NCBI RefSeq assembly: GCF_018977255.1
Contig: NW_024704743.1
Span: 67,582,001 to 67,646,000 of the forward strand
Origin: Callorhinchus milii
Taxonomy: Eukaryota
Length of the DNA: 64,000 bases
Reading direction: 5' to 3'
Position numbers and translations under genes: made by a program. Positions 50,790-64,000 of the stretch are shown here, piece after piece. Each line of letters opens with the position of its first letter. Position 1 is the first letter of the stretch. The notes under the pieces are model-generated. The model ran no database searches and was not told the DNA's origin. It saw nothing but the letters and a program-made list of their open reading frames with translations.

Positions 50790-51110
50790 ATTTAATCCTT
50801 GCATTTGATATAATACCTTAGAACTCATATAGTCTAGGCTGACATGCCAATATACTGTAGTGAATTGACTGTATATTTTGTGGGCGAATCATGGCAGCCA
50901 TTTGAACACAGCAGCATCCCACAAACAGTCGTAGATTGAGTGACAAAATTATTTTTTGAAGGGATTATTATCCCTGGAAAAGTGATCCACCGATCACTAA
51001 CAATTGGGTTCCTACTTACTGCTAGGTGTGTAGAGTAAGGAAACTTGCCTAAAGGCTTCACCTCGTCCGGGAATCAAACTCTGGTCCTTTTGTTTTGCTC
51101 TAACCAATAC
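50790..51110 (-). mobile_element. SINE, older subfamily with an extra internal segment
   Basis: Tail atccttgcatttgata; internal gtaaggaaacttgcc and tagtgatcggtggatcacttttccaggg segment. Confidence 0.8.
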
Positions 51111-51274
51111 ACTAACAAGACTTCATGTGTGGATGCATGCCATGCCTCAGCATTGGAATGGAATGTCATTTTATCTATGAGCCTCAAAGTCTCATTGTGG
51201 GGCTTGACAACCTTCTCGTGACTCCGAGACGAGAAGACTATCAACTGAACCAGGCTGACACATGATGCTCACCT

Positions 51275-51545
51275 ACAACAATAACAACGTGGATATATAT
51301 AGCACCCTCCACGCTGGATGGTATCTCAGAGCGCTTTACAGTAACGAATCCTGGGGCCGAGCCAGGGGAAGGGGGAGGAAGGTGACCAAAGGCACGGTCG
51401 AAAAGAAAGGTCTTCAGTAGGGAGCTGAAAGTAGGAAGAGAGGGGGCGAGGCGAAGGGAGTGAGGAAGGGAATTCCAGAGCCTCGGGGCATAATGGCTGA
51501 TGGCACGGCCGTCGAGGGTGGAGCGGAGGACTCGGGGGATGAGGA
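51275..51545 (-). mobile_element. L2 3' end, same subfamily as 41617-42928
   Basis: RAISHYAPRLWNSLPHSLRLAPSLPTFSSLLKTFLFDRAFGH; shared 3' UTR cctggctcggcccc.ggat.cgttactgtaaagcgctctgaga. Confidence 0.9.
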
Positions 51546-52199
51546 GCTCTATTTTGAAGGAATTAATTGATGCAGCATCAATTGTGCAAAAAAATTCCCT
51601 AAAATATTTGACTGCTTTGTCTGGATTGTAGCTTTGTTTGTATTGACCTATGTTTGGCAGAACTTTATGCATTGAAGAAAATCAAGCTGTTAAACGCCTA
51701 AAAAAAAGACATAATCACTGATGTTAGCGCCGAGCAACATTCAACACATCTACTGGAATACAGTCTACTGTGAGACAACAATTGGCTGTTCCAGTGAGTG
51801 ACTTCTACTTAACAGACTCACAGCTGACTCAGGTAATCTGTAGTCAGACGTTTGTGGGAGATTTTTGCTTACTAACCAGGATAAATTGAGCAGAACCAGC
51901 AGAAAAAAAACCTATGTTTTACTCGACAATGAGGAGCTACCACCTCTAGGAACAGGAAGTAATGCTTCCCTGACAACCCTAGGTATGCAAATGCCAAATG
52001 CCAGAAGCAAAGGTGGTTGCTTCTGACCTAGTTTGTAAAACAAACTGAACTGCCACCTGCAGCTTTCATGCATTAAAGCATAACAGACAGTATTTTAATA
52101 AAAGGTAGATCTTTCTACACAAATAGTTTTCATGAAAAATTATTCAATTATGAATTCTGTGAAGAAATGCCCTTTCATTTTAATTTCCAACAGTCCCTT

Positions 52200-52385
52200 A
52201 AACAAAATTGGTCATTTAGAATTGGCTGTTTGTGGAAGATTGCTGTGTGCAAATTGGCTGCAGGGTTCACCCACAAAATGCACATAGTCACATCACTTTA
52301 CAGAATATCTTGTATCTTGTAAAGCGTGTTGAGACACCTCAACAACATGATAAGGCGTTATATCAAATGCAAGGATTATAATTAA
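52200..52385 (+). mobile_element. SINE 3' fragment
   Basis: aaattggtcatt...ttgctgtgtgcaaattggctgc...tatcaaatgcaaggattat. Confidence 0.8.
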
Positions 52386-53154
52386 TAAATTTTCCAATGT
52401 ACCCATAAGCCTGCTGCCCAAAAGACATTGCAGCACAATGATGCAGAACTAATGATACAGGACTAATGGTTTCCAGGCTGCAATTGAAATTCCCACAGAA
52501 TCATGGCACCTGGAAATATTGACAGATTTGCTGGCACTCGAACGGGGGTTGTTTCATGGTAAGCCTTTCTCTTCTCCAGAAACTTCTCTTATGAGAAGGC
52601 AATTGATTGATTTACGTATGTGAAATGTAAAGGTGAAAGATAACTGTAGAAGAGCATTAGTCTGTAATGATGTCCTGTTCAACGCTCAGTAAAACAGTGA
52701 TGTAGCAATGTATTTTTAAACAATTCTGACAACTATCCCATTTAAAATAATGGAATTTTTTGTAGAAGGGAAGGGAATTTGCTGCCCAAAAGAAAGATCC
52801 TCGCTTCATGTTCTGGATAATACTTTTTTAATCTTAAAACATGTTTTTCTCTTTCATGGATCTCAGCTCCTGGAAATGCAGGGTCAAGCAATGAGGTGGA
52901 ATTGTGGAAAACATGGGAAGCGATTGCAGGGCGGGAGGGTCTCCAATCTACACTGACGTGTCGCTGAGCACCCTGGAGATGAAGTCAGCTTCAAAGGGGC
53001 ACGTCTATTTGCCAAGGCTCCTCACATGAGGGCCTGGATTAAGTAGTTGGTGCTGAGTAAGCCTTGAATGTGGCATTGGGCTTGTACCTCAAGAACATCA
53101 AGGTGGCTGGCACATCACAAGCTGTAAAGTGCCTCCCACTACATTGAGGCTTGC

Positions 53155-53290
53155 GGCACATTCCATTCCAATAAACATCTCTGGAATTTCATGTGGAGGT
53201 GTGATGCATGGAACCCGCAATTTGGTTTGGATATTGTTAAGCACGGTGATGGGCTTCTGCATGTGCAGACATCCAGCTGACATAAAAAAA
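53155..53290 (+). mobile_element. Unclassified A-tailed repeat, short 3' copy
   Basis: gcacattccattcc...ttggtttggatattgttaagcacggtgatgggcttctgcatgtgcagacatccagctgacatAAAAAAA. Confidence 0.65.
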
Positions 53291-54239
53291 GGCTTATTAA
53301 AAAGGGGCAAACATTTTTCACAAAATTAAAATTGTAAATTAATTTTCCCGCAAATATACCCCAAACCTTAGTGGGTTTCGGCATGTGTCAGACACCTATC
53401 TTGCATTTATATAGTGCCCTTCACACAGGGTAGCAAAGGTGAATTGAAAAATGAATTTGTGTACTTTCAGTTCGCACATCCCAACAACAGAGGAACTCAC
53501 TTTTTCCCCATCACCAACTGAAGGATTAATCATTACAGGGTCTCAAGTGAGGTAACCACTGCTTTCAGTGGGCAAGGGTACTTTACTCTGTCTAGAAATT
53601 TCTGGGGTAATCATTGCTGTCATCAGAATTGGGAGGCTTTGGTCTGTTCACGCCAGAATGTCTCGTGGGATAATCATTCCTGTCAGCAGGAACAGTAGCA
53701 GTAGTGTTCTTCTCTTAGGGGAGTCAGATAAAGTAATGGTTGCTGGCATCAGGAAGAAGACTGTTACTTCTCCAGAGAGCCGTGCTTGGCAATCACACCA
53801 GTCATCAGGAACGGAATTGTCAGCATTATTCACTCCAGTGAATTGACTAATTTTGCAATTATAATATATATACTTTGTTCTTCTTCCTGAGTAATGGTGA
53901 TTTTGTCAAACAGGAGGCAGGGACAGGTGTCTGCAGTGGTCCATAAAGTAGGGCCTCTACCAGCTCAGATGCTTCTCCACCAGCCTCAAATATTTCAGGT
54001 TTTCAAAGTGACTTTTAAGGAACTTTCGGGGAAAAAATCCACTTGGTCTGGATTTGGTCGCAGATTTTGGCAGTGTTGAATTCAGTCTTAATTAAGTCTT
54101 TTCTTTCTGTTGTTCTTAAGAAACTTATAGAAAATCAGTTTCAAAAACTAAGATGGTGTTTAAGAATTTGCCAGATTGGGGGATCTCTGAAATACGAAGA
54201 TACTACAGTTGGTCGGGTTCCTATCTCTATCCAAATAGG

Positions 54240-54440
54240 GAAGTGGGATCTTTAACATCTACCTGAACAGATAGGCAGGTATTATGTTTTTCATTTCATC
54301 CGAAGGATGGCACCTCTGACATTGCAATGCTAGTGCATAGTCCAAGCACTGTATTAGACTCTCAGCCTACAAAGTAAGTTCAAAGTCCCAACATGGGGCT
54401 TGAACTCACTACCGTCTGACTCAGGGGCAAGAGTGATAAC
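54240..54440 (-). mobile_element. Deu-domain SINE 5' part
   Basis: gggatctttaacatctacctgaacag...ttcatccgaaggatggcacctctgacattgca...ggggcttgaactcac. Confidence 0.75.
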
Positions 54441-54907
54441 ATTTTGCTACTTTTCTTACTGTTTACAGTTTTTAAACTGTGAACTGGCTGCTAACTACTT
54501 AAATTCTTCAACATTGCTTTTAATTGTCAACAATGATCCCAGTTCTGATTTAGTTTATGTTTGCTGCTGTAAGTGGAAGATTAGATAATTATTCTTTGTG
54601 ACTCAAAAGTGAAAACCTTAAAAAGGTACAGCATGAAAGGAGAAAATCGTGTCTGCACTGGTGCTAGTTCCCCACTGGATCTATCTACTATAATCTCATT
54701 CCTGTGCTCTTACCTCATATATTGTATACTGTATATCTTTTCTTTGTCAAGTATTTATCCGATTGTCTTTTAAGCAATCGTATGGGCTCAATTTCAACAG
54801 CCATTTAGGTAAGGCATTCTACACTTTTCTGTCAAAAAATATACCCTCCCCTTCTTTCTGATAATAATCCTAGAAACTGTTAGTTCCACCAGGTAGTCAA
54901 ACCGGTA

Positions 54908-55233
54908 TAATAATAATAATAATAATAATAATAATCCTTGCATTTTGATATAGCGCTTTTCACGTCGGGAGGACGTCCCAAAGCGCTTCACAGAACACAC
55001 TGTAAAGTGAATTGACTGTATATTTGTGGGCGAACGCGGCAGCCAATTGCGCACAGCAATGTCCCACAAACAGTCGTAGATTGAAAATGACCAATTCATT
55101 ATTGTTTTTGGAGGGATTATTATTAGGCGTGTGGAGTAAGGAAACTTGCCCAAGGTTTCGCCCTGTCTGGAATTGAACTCAGGTCTCTTGCTTGCAAAGC
55201 GAGTGCTCTAACCACTGAGCTACAGGACTCCAC
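54908..55233 (-). mobile_element. Young tRNA-Ala-derived SINE, full length, inserted in an old CR1-like fragment
   Basis: Complete head, body, stem-loop with ctccc loop and long (ATT)n tail. Confidence 0.93.
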
Positions 55234-57131
55234 ATGTATGTAAATTTCACTGATGAGATACATTCTCTCCCACTGGACAGCAGAGATGGTCTGGTCAGAT
55301 AGTAGCCTTGTTCTTGAAGATAGCTCGATAGTTTGGGATTCTTAAATTAGAAATTTCAATAACATAGAAAAAAATCTTGTGTGGTTGAAAATTTATCCCA
55401 TGTAATCCTGCAGGATTTGTTCCACAGAACATCTGCGATTCCTGCAGGACCCTGTTCAAAGAGAATTGGATAGGCTTGCTGAATTCCTCTTGATTTAATC
55501 CCTCAAATTACACCTATCCTCAACCGTGTGATTGAGAGGGCACTTTGTGAATGTTGTGTGATTTTTCCCTTCTTATTTTCTTTAATATTCAGATCAGAGT
55601 ATTGTCTGTTAGAAATTGTGCAATAATGTCATATTTAGTTTCTAATACTTTTACTCGTGTCTGTCTTTTGTTTTGATTTCTGGTTGACTTTGCAACTGGT
55701 TGTGTCTTACATTTCCAAATAAACAGGCACAAAACAATTTCAATTATGTGTAAAAAGCCTCCAAAATATCTCTAAACAAAGTTGTGAAAATGAGGCCCAG
55801 ATATAGATTTAACTGAGAATTTCAAAACAGAGAAAGAAAAGCAGGTGGTGATCATAAGCATAATCTACGAGGTAGGTTTTCAGGCATGATTTAAAGACAG
55901 AAAGAGAGAGAGAGCAAGATGGAGCGGTAGAGCGAGGAGTTCCAGAGATTAGGCACATATTAGCTGAATAAAGCTTAAACAATGTACTACATTGTTAGTT
56001 AAAGCCCTATCTGATCTGCTTCCCACAATCTCAACAGAAGGGCAATTTGTACTGCATGAGTGTTAGTCATTTTTTTCCCTTCAAATCATTTGTCAATACT
56101 GGGGGCTGATTTGCAAATAGTAAATCTTGCAGTCATGTGGATGTGTCTCTCTTGAATTCAGATCAGATGCCAATCTCAGTTGCAACTTCCAGATGACAGT
56201 CAAAAGTGGTTCCTGGCACCTGGGAGGAGATTGAGTCCAGGCAGAGGTCCAGATCTAATAGTTATACATCCATTTGCAAATATTGTATTTTTAACCATAT
56301 TGCCTATCTATGTAAGACTGCTGAATTTAATACTTAATCGATTTAATATTTAATGGATAATGCGCTCAAATTTGGGTTCTGAACTTTGCACGTTTTAAGA
56401 ACTGGGATTAGATCAACCAAATTGACTTCACATTAAATCCTTACAGACATCAGATTCAGGGGATCAATACCCAGGGTTGTACATTTTGTCCACAAAATAC
56501 ACTTTATAGTGCATCCTGTGAAGCGCTCTGAGATGTCTCAATAATGTGACAAAATCCTATATCAATTGCAAGGATTATATTTGTACCCAAGTTTGATGGA
56601 TATTGCTTCAATCCACTATGCAACTCAATTCCCTTACCCACCCCCACCATAACATCAAATTTATAATCTTTGAATTTGATATAGTACCTTTCATATTAGG
56701 ATGATATCTCAGGATTGAGAATTCACAGGATTAACTGTAACATGCAGTGATTATTCTTGTAGGAAATGCATCAGCAGAATGCAGTTAACATCAACACAAT
56801 CTTTTCTCCGTCTGACATACACACAGCAGCACTTTCTCTGGGGGTTTCATTGAATGACAAACAAGAAATATGTTTGTCTACCACTGTACCTCAGAGCTTT
56901 GTGAACAATTGTAATGTCTCCTCCTTATTCAGATCAGCTATTAATTCTAGCTTTAAACCTGGGACTTTCCCAGGCTATTCAGCCCAACGCTAGACAGTGA
57001 ATTCATCAACTGAGTGAACCATTGAGCAACCTATGATTTTTTTTAAAACATCCCGATGGCAAGATATTAAAATGATCATTATTTTACAAGACTGTTGAGT
57101 TCAGTTGCATTTATATTTCTTCTCTACATAC

Positions 57132-57396
57132 CTGCGGAGATCTCGATGCTGCTCATCTTTGTCTGATTGATGCTGACGTTAATGCTGACCTTTCCTTCAC
57201 TGAGGTCAATTTCCACCATTCCATAACTGGCAGCAAAGTGGCTGAACAAGAGCAGGCCATTGGGATTCCAAGTTCGGAACATAAAGCTGACAGAAAACAC
57301 GTCCTGGTTCATGCGCCCGGGCAGCTGTAAGTAACTGCTACTATTGAAGAAGACAGGTACTGCATGAGGCTCCACACACGTAAAGCTCAGGTTACC
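57132..57396 (-). CDS. CNTNAP2: CNTNAP2 coding exon (equivalent to human exon 8), start of laminin G domain 2
   Basis: Within ORF 57124..57468: [88 protein letters not shown](G), with the LamG motif SFxFRTxxxxGLLL. 265 bp, acceptor ctctttcAG, donor GTatgt, phase 0 to 1. Confidence 0.96.
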
Positions 57397-59165
57397 CTGA
57401 AAGAGAGGAGAGAGGAAATGTAAGCACCCACTACAGCCAGTAATACCCTGTAACATGGGGGTTGGCATCCTTAATTGTCTGCAATAAAATTATCTCAACC
57501 CGTAACTCTTTGACCGTGCTTTCGGTCATCTTTCCGCTCCTCACCTTCCTCAGTTCTGGTGCCAGCCAGAATTGTCAAGTGCCATGGGGCATCTGCCTGA
57601 CTGAAAGGCCTTCAATTTAAAGTATAAATTGCATTGTGTTATATTGAGGCAGAGTCCATCAATTCTTGTAAAAGGATCTGTTTCCTCTTGTGAATCTTTT
57701 GCTATGATTGTACATTGTTTTCATGCTATTCTTTCAATGTAGGAGAAAAGAGCTTCACAGTTACTGTTTGGCAGGAACAGCATGGTACTTTGCATCCTTT
57801 GAGGTTATTTGATTTACTTCATTAAAATGTACTGAATTTGTCGATATGTGCCATGCTGTGTGCTTGGTAAATTTGTCAATGTGCACTTATAAATAACTAA
57901 TGGAGTTTTATATTTATGAAGTTTGTTGTTTATAATTGAAAATGTCATTACAGTTGCAGTATTTATAAACGATTAGCAACACACTCACTGAACAGAGTGA
58001 ATGGGGTAGAACAGCCCATCCTCACATCAATGACAATTCTACATTCAGTGAAGGAAGCGGAACAACATCCTGCTGTCTTTATGAGATGCATGGAGTGCAT
58101 GTATTACACTGGATTTTATAAATAAATAATCCTTACATTTGACATAGCATCTTTCAGATCACGAGGACATCACAAAGTGCTTTACAAGATATATTGTAAA
58201 CTGTGTATATTATAAGCGAAATACATATTTCATTCACAAGTATCAGGGCAAATTATAGTGCTTCCACTCCGGGCAGTGACAGACATCTGTCTATTCAATA
58301 CTATACCAAGAACCAATGGATTGCTAAAAGGAAATCATAATTTTAAATATTTGTCATCTGTCAGTCTTCCCCTTTTAATTGCTTATCATTATAGGTTAGC
58401 TGGAATTACAAGAATCTGGCCCTTAAGGTAGTTCTGGTGTTGTTCACTTCAAAGTCACCTGTAGACTCCTCCAGGAAGGACTGCTTCAATTGTATCTTCT
58501 TTGTGAGACACCAGAGAACAGAAATCAATAGCAGCATTCCCTTCACTTTAGTGTTAGACTCTTGTCTTATTGATTGGTAGCAACAGAGGGATCAGACTGA
58601 TGAACACAATCAACACTGCCAGCACTACAATATCTGTTCTCAACACTTCTCCAAAACAATGCCCCTCTTACAGTAGCTCATTGAGTACAAGCCAGTTGCT
58701 TTAGGTTGGTGTTCTTTGCCAGCACTTCAGGATCATGATACAACCAAGTCAGATGGTCTGATAACACACACATAAACAGTGGCCACTTTGGCAAAGTAAC
58801 AAAGTGTGGGGGGTGGAGGAGTTGGGGGCAATGCCTTTTGATGGAAAAACATTAAAAAAAAGTTAAAACACTTAAAGGAGTTATAACTGGAGGGAAAATT
58901 ATCAGAGAGAAAAATAATCAAGTGTGGTTGATGGTTAATTTAAGCACATAACGCTGGAACTCTGATGTCCTGGACCACATCATGGTACAATAGGCACATG
59001 CTCTTGAGTTAATGATTTCATTGGGGTCACCAGAAGAAGGAAGAGCACCACTTTAGTGATTCCCCACAAAGAGAGAGAGAGAGAGCGAGATGGAAGAATT
59101 GAGGTCCGGCCACCTAAGCAATTCAACAATAGTAGAAGTTAATTTTTTTTTCGAGGCAAAACTTT

Positions 59166-59399
59166 AGGCAAGTTTCCTTACTCCACACGCCTAATAATAA
59201 TCCCTCCAAAACCAAAAACAATCATAAATTGGTCATTTTCAATCTACGACTGTTTGTGGGACATTGCTGTGCACAATTGGCTGCCGCGTTCGCCCACAAA
59301 TATACAGTCAATTAACTTTACAGTGTGTTCTGTGAAGCGCTTTGGGACGTCCTCCCGACGTGAAAAGCGCTATATCAAATGCAAGGATTATTATTATTA
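59166..59399 (+). mobile_element. Young SINE lacking the tRNA head, followed by an older SINE fragment (about 59430-59680)
   Basis: Starts at ggcaagtttccttactccacacgcc; same young 3' stem-loop and (ATT)n. Confidence 0.9.
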
Positions 59400-60430
59400 C
59401 TTGACATATACACACACACACCTCTGGTTACCCAGCAGTAAGTAGGAACTCGGATGTTATTCGATTTGCACTTTCCTGAGGTAATAATTCCTCCACCACA
59501 AAAAAATCAATCATTCCACGACTGTTTGTGGGAGACTGCTGCGCGCAATTGGCTGCCATGTTTTGCCCACAAAATACACAGTCACTATAGTTTACAATAT
59601 ATCCTGTGAAGTGATTTGAGACGTCTCAATTACATGATAAGGTGCTATATCAAATGCAAGGATTATTATTTATTATTAGAAACTAATGAATAATCTTTCC
59701 ATTTGATATAGGACCTTTCAATTTTATTTGGGGGATTTAGTGGCTAGCACACTGGGAGAAACTCCCTGTACTTGTCCAATTACTGTACATAGTGCAGGGG
59801 ATTAACAACTGCATCAGGTTACCAGGAGGGTGGTTGAGGTCAGTTCTGCAGGGATGAGATCAGTTCGGCTGAAGGGCCTCTTTTATCCAACAAACCAATC
59901 TTGTGATTCTGTGAGACCTTGAGAAAAAAATGTGTATTAAAAAGCAGGCTGTATTGTAAAGCCTTTATTTTGCATTGATATGTAAAGCCTCCTCGATGAG
60001 CTGTTAAGCAGGTTACAGCCGATTGGCAATAACTGTGGCAATTGTATTATGCACAGTTGGAAAGTGCATCACCAATACCTAAATCCTGCAAAAGAAAGGC
60101 GAATCCAACTGCGAATAACGCAAGTATAAAACAAAAGTTTTAAAACAAATTTGAATGCCTAGGCACTATTCAGACCTTGCTTATAATCATATCAATGCTT
60201 GCACTGCACCTATAACATTGTAATGTCTCTTTACAGTAATTATGTTAAGTGGAATGACTGGTGAGCAAACACAGCAGCCAATTTATGCACTACAATGTCC
60301 CACAAACAGCCAGGAGGTGACTGACCATTTTATAGTGGAACATTGTTACTTCTTTCCATGCAACCTCAATCACTTTCATCACAGATCACTAAGAGGTTTG
60401 ACTCACTTATTGTCAAGTCAATGAACTTAC

Positions 60431-60574
60431 CACATTTTGTGTGTCGAGCTTCCTCCTCCTGGCAAGGTCGGTAATATTATTTCCATTGTAATTTATAGAT
60501 TCCATGCAGCCTTTGAAGTTCTTTCGACCATTGGAGCTCGGCTTTCCAGAAAATGGCATTCCCCCAAAGCTCAG
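60431..60574 (-). CDS. CNTNAP2: CNTNAP2 coding exon (equivalent to human exon 7)
   Basis: Translation [48 protein letters not shown]. 144 bp, acceptor ttttcccttcaAG, donor GTaagt, phase 0-0, in frame with neighbouring exons. Confidence 0.96.
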
Positions 60575-61344
60575 CTTGAAGGGAAAAGTAAATAAACAGC
60601 GTTACACACCATAGATCTCAATGGGCAAAATCATTATGTATTATAAATTTTTTGTGCAGTTTTACAACATATAATTATCTAACAGCAAGGAGTTAGGATA
60701 CAAATGTTTCCTCTTTCCAGACAAGTAAAAATTACATCATTATAATGAATTTATTAATCTTCATAATCAACTTTTGGCCATATCAGTAAAAGTCTTTGCG
60801 AAGCTTGAATGAACCTGAGTCTCAAATCAGCACTAATTTTCAAAACTAAACATTGAATAGTCTTATGATTGATTTTAAAGCACAGGTTGGCTCCAGCTTC
60901 AGGGACATCCAATTGCTAAGGTTTACATTCTTGAACTGCAGAGCTTAAATAAACCCTAATATTGCTGTAATAATGCTGTTTAAATGTCAAGAGCAACTTC
61001 ATTACCGTAAGGTTAATTCTTTACTAAAGTAAACATTCAAGCATTTAACAATTTCTGCTTGTCCTCTCTTTCCCTCCAATCCTTTCCCATTCTGCCTTTT
61101 ACATCAGACTATTTTACTTTATTTTTATACTGGGGTAAAAATTACAATGTTCAACGTGTTCATGTCTATTCTACCATTTCACAGACGAGTTGAAATTAGA
61201 AACCTTATGATGTTTTATATATCAATTGTTGAACATTTAAACTCCCTCAAGAAATCTCAATGGCTGTTGACTGGGAGCCATCATAATTCAGCCTAACCTA
61301 ATATTCAGATGGATACATTTTCCAGGTGGGGATAGCAGATAAAT

Positions 61345-61740
61345 AATTGCACTTGATATTGAACCTTTTACGTTGGAGGATGTCTCAAACCACTTTATAG
61401 GACTCACTGTAATGTATAATGACTGTATTTTGTAAATTAACATGCCAGCCAATTTACAAACAGCAACGCTTCATAAACAAGTTGGAAGTAAATAACCAAT
61501 TTTATCTGGGGGAATTGTTGGCCAGAACACCGGGAGAAACTCGTTTCTCTTTTTGAGAAGTGCTTTTAATGTCCACCAGAACAGACAGATATCTTGGTTT
61601 AATATCTTATCTGTAGAAGGCAACATTGCAGTGCTCCGCCAGCCTGCATTAGAGTGTTAGTCTAGACTGAGTTGAAAATCATGATGTTGAGGTTGAATGC
61701 ACAACTTTCTGATTCGAGTGGCAAGAATACTATCAACTAC
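61345..61740 (-). mobile_element. Deu-domain SINE, diverged full-length copy
   Basis: ggggaattgttggccagaacaccgggagaaactc...ttttaatgtccaccagaacagacagat...caactttctgattc. Confidence 0.75.
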
Positions 61741-62062
61741 CCCAGGAGCAGAAACTCTGACTGATTTTACACTTGCTTTGCTGGAAAAAAACAAGGCTAA
61801 CTGGATTTCTCCATTCCTTCTGTGGCTGAGATCAGAAAACTCAGTAAAGATTTAGAGCCATTCTAATCTATACAATGTGTTTTGCTCACTGGCCTTTTAT
61901 AAACTTTGCTTTGCTGGAAATTTGCAATTCACCTAAATGGTAATTAACAGCATAATTTGGCTTGGAAATATTGCTTATTAGCTGCCCTGCTATCTCATGT
62001 AGGAACTGACCAGGAGTAATTTTAATTAGACATGATAAAGATCATGGCAGATCATTCTGTAC

Positions 62063-62247
62063 CTCATAGTCTAGATCCAGGTGATCAAATTCGCCATTTG
62101 TCCGAAAATGTTGGGTCTCTCTATCCAGTGTCAAATTGATGTTACGGCCATAGCGTTCGATGGTCACAGAGTGCCAGTGATGGTCATCCAAGAGACTGCC
62201 CGTAGTGACAGAGGTGTGGCCATTGATGGAACGGAATTGATTGCTAC
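62063..62247 (-). CDS. CNTNAP2: CNTNAP2 coding exon (equivalent to human exon 6), laminin G domain 1 C-terminal part
   Basis: Manual translation: (G)[61 protein letters not shown], closely resembling Caspr2 [42 protein letters not shown] (recalled). 185 bp, acceptor ...ctctAG (62248-62249), donor GTacag (62061-62062), phase 1 to 0. Not in the ORF track. Confidence 0.96.
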
Positions 62248-62754
62248 CTAGAGATCAATAATGGATACTAATCAGTGGTCGTTCATGAATGGAAATGGAA
62301 ACATAAAAGGAATCACATTTTTAAAGTTGAAAATAAAATTTACAGGTGTTGAGAAACAGCAACACAGTATATTAGCCAGCACTGATATCAGCTAACAAAT
62401 ATAATGTGGAGACACATTATAATGCACTGGTTTGGTTCTGTAAAATCCCGACCCAAGCGATAATGAGCTGTGATAACTGCACGTGCATGCAGCTGGTCCG
62501 GCTCACTCCGTATGCACCAACTGGTTCTTGTGCTTAAAAAAAATCCAACTTACAGGTCATTGCATCACTGCCGATGTTACTTCCTCTCTGCTGCTCTTGT
62601 GCAAAGCAGGAAGTGACACCGGCAGCCATCTAATGTCTCAGAGTCTACAATTTTACCACAAGAGTTGGCCAGAGTGTTGTGATGTGAGCAAGCCAGCTGT
62701 GTGGATACACAGTATCTAGCATTCACGCATGCCTACTAGGTAACTGTGCTATAA

Positions 62755-63010
62755 CAACAACAACTTACACTTATATAGCGTCCTCCATGCAGGGTAGTGT
62801 CTCAGAGCCCTCCACTCCCTAAAACTCTGGAACGCTCTCCGTCAATCCCTTCACCTTTCCCCCTCTCTCCCCTCTTTCAAGTCCCGCCTGAAAACTTTCT
62901 TCTTCGACTGTGCTTACGGCCACTGCCCCACTCCTCCCGGCCACTCTTAAGCGCTCTGAGATCCTACCCTACGTGGAGGGCACTATATAAGTGCAAATTG
63001 TCGTTGCTAT
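62755..63010. mobile_element. L2 3' tail (minus, about 62755-62810) abutting an L2 3' end (plus, about 62810-63010)
   Basis: aacaacaacaacttacacttatatagcgtcctcc...; ctctggaacgctctcc...ctgaaaactttcttcttcgac...agcgctctgagatcctaccctacgtggagggcactatat. Confidence 0.78.
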
Positions 63011-63374
63011 AACCGAACCAGCGCTCTAAAGACACAAGTTACAATAGTACCACACTGTATATAACAGCAACGATTCTGTCGGAAACCATTACAAACAGCT
63101 AGTACAAAACTGATACAGTTACACTAAGTTGTTTTTGGAAAAACATAGTGAAGGCAATTGCTTAAACAGATCATCACAAGCAACACAATTGAATTTAATC
63201 CCCAAGATGTGAAATTAAAGTGTGGGTTCATATTGCAAATTAATCTCTTTGTCTCCAGTGATTGGAGCACTGCTCTGTCCTGAATTAAACACAATCTTTC
63301 AGCACAGGCTCAAACTGTATGTACTTCACAGAACCAGCATGGAAGAAAAATGATGTTGCATTTTTTCATTAAAT

Positions 63375-63715
63375 CTCTGTATGGTCTCGCCCCATCCTAC
63401 CTTTACAACCTCTGTCACCCTTACCAAACCACCTATTCCCCTCGCTCGGCTGCACCTGGCTGACTCCATGGCCCCTGATCTATTTGCTGATTGGCATGCT
63501 TTTGGTCTCTGAAACTCCATTCCCACTGAATTGCTCCCTCCCTCTCCTCTTTCAAAGTACACCTCAAAACGTATCTCTTTGAACACGCTTTCAGTCATCT
63601 TTCTCCTCCTCACCCCCCAGCTCCCACCCGCAGTTCTGGCTCCCAGCCAGATTTGTCAAGCACTTTGGGACATGCTCCCAACATACAAATCACTATATAA
63701 ATGCAAATTGCATTG
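63375..63715 (+). mobile_element. Old L2 3' fragment
   Basis: ggtctcgccccatcctacct...ctctgaaactccattccc...ttcaaagtacacctcaaaacgtatctctttgaacacgc...cactatataaatgcaa. Confidence 0.75.
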
Positions 63716-64000
63716 TACTTGACATAATGCACACACATGCTAACATAAAACATATAAAACCTGGTGATTCTGTTGAGATAACAGCAACTTGCATTTATAT
63801 TCCATTCTTCACATGGAATAACATCAAATGACAGCAATAATGCCCCCCAACCCAGTTCATCACTGGCCAACAATCACAATAACTTTCATTCATATGGTGC
63901 CCTTCATGTAAGGGTAACATTTCTGAGTTGCTTAGGTACAGTGTTCAGCAACACCATTTGGAGAGCCCTCCATTATGTTCTGTTTACTTAAATAGTCTTA

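Noticed and set aside
53570..54180. Possible endogenous retrovirus pol/env remnant on the minus strand
   Set aside because: Only a vague W.xPY-like stretch; no LTRs and no convincing RT or integrase motifs.
62248..64000. Additional CNTNAP2 exons (exon 5 upstream, exon 11 below position 2392)
   Set aside because: No matching coding sequence with splice sites was seen; these exons presumably lie outside the window.

Overview
Eukaryotic (vertebrate) genomic DNA. The repeat content (L2 and CR1 LINEs, Deu-domain SINEs, a Penelope-type terminal repeat) suggests a cartilaginous fish; that assignment is an inference. The whole window lies inside one large minus-strand gene, contactin-associated protein-like 2 (CNTNAP2/Caspr2). 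Five coding exons with canonical AG/GT boundaries and continuous reading frame are present: 62063-62247, 60431-60574, 57132-57396, 25595-25744 and 2393-2564. They match human exons 6-10 as I recall them (end of LamG1, LamG2, start of EGF1). The rest is intron, densely filled with L2 LINE fragments (one with nearly complete but frameshifted APE+RT), CR1 3' ends, a young tRNA-Ala-headed SINE sharing its 3' stem-loop with L2, older Deu-domain SINEs, two small TIR elements and an unclassified A-tailed repeat. Most ORFs in the supplied track are repeat fragments or chance ORFs. The most interesting observations are: (1) near-identical inverted L2 copies and RBFOX motifs around the frame-symmetric exon 9 (circRNA or skipping candidate); (2) a young SINE whose 3' recognition hairpin exactly matches the young L2, with each found nested inside the other; (3) an inverted L2 pair sharing the same inactivating lesions; (4) a Penelope-type minimal hammerhead ribozyme core in the pre-mRNA sense orientation; (5) an unclassified, 5'-truncated, A-tailed repeat family. 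Repeat boundaries were read by eye and are approximate unless a TSD or TIR is quoted.
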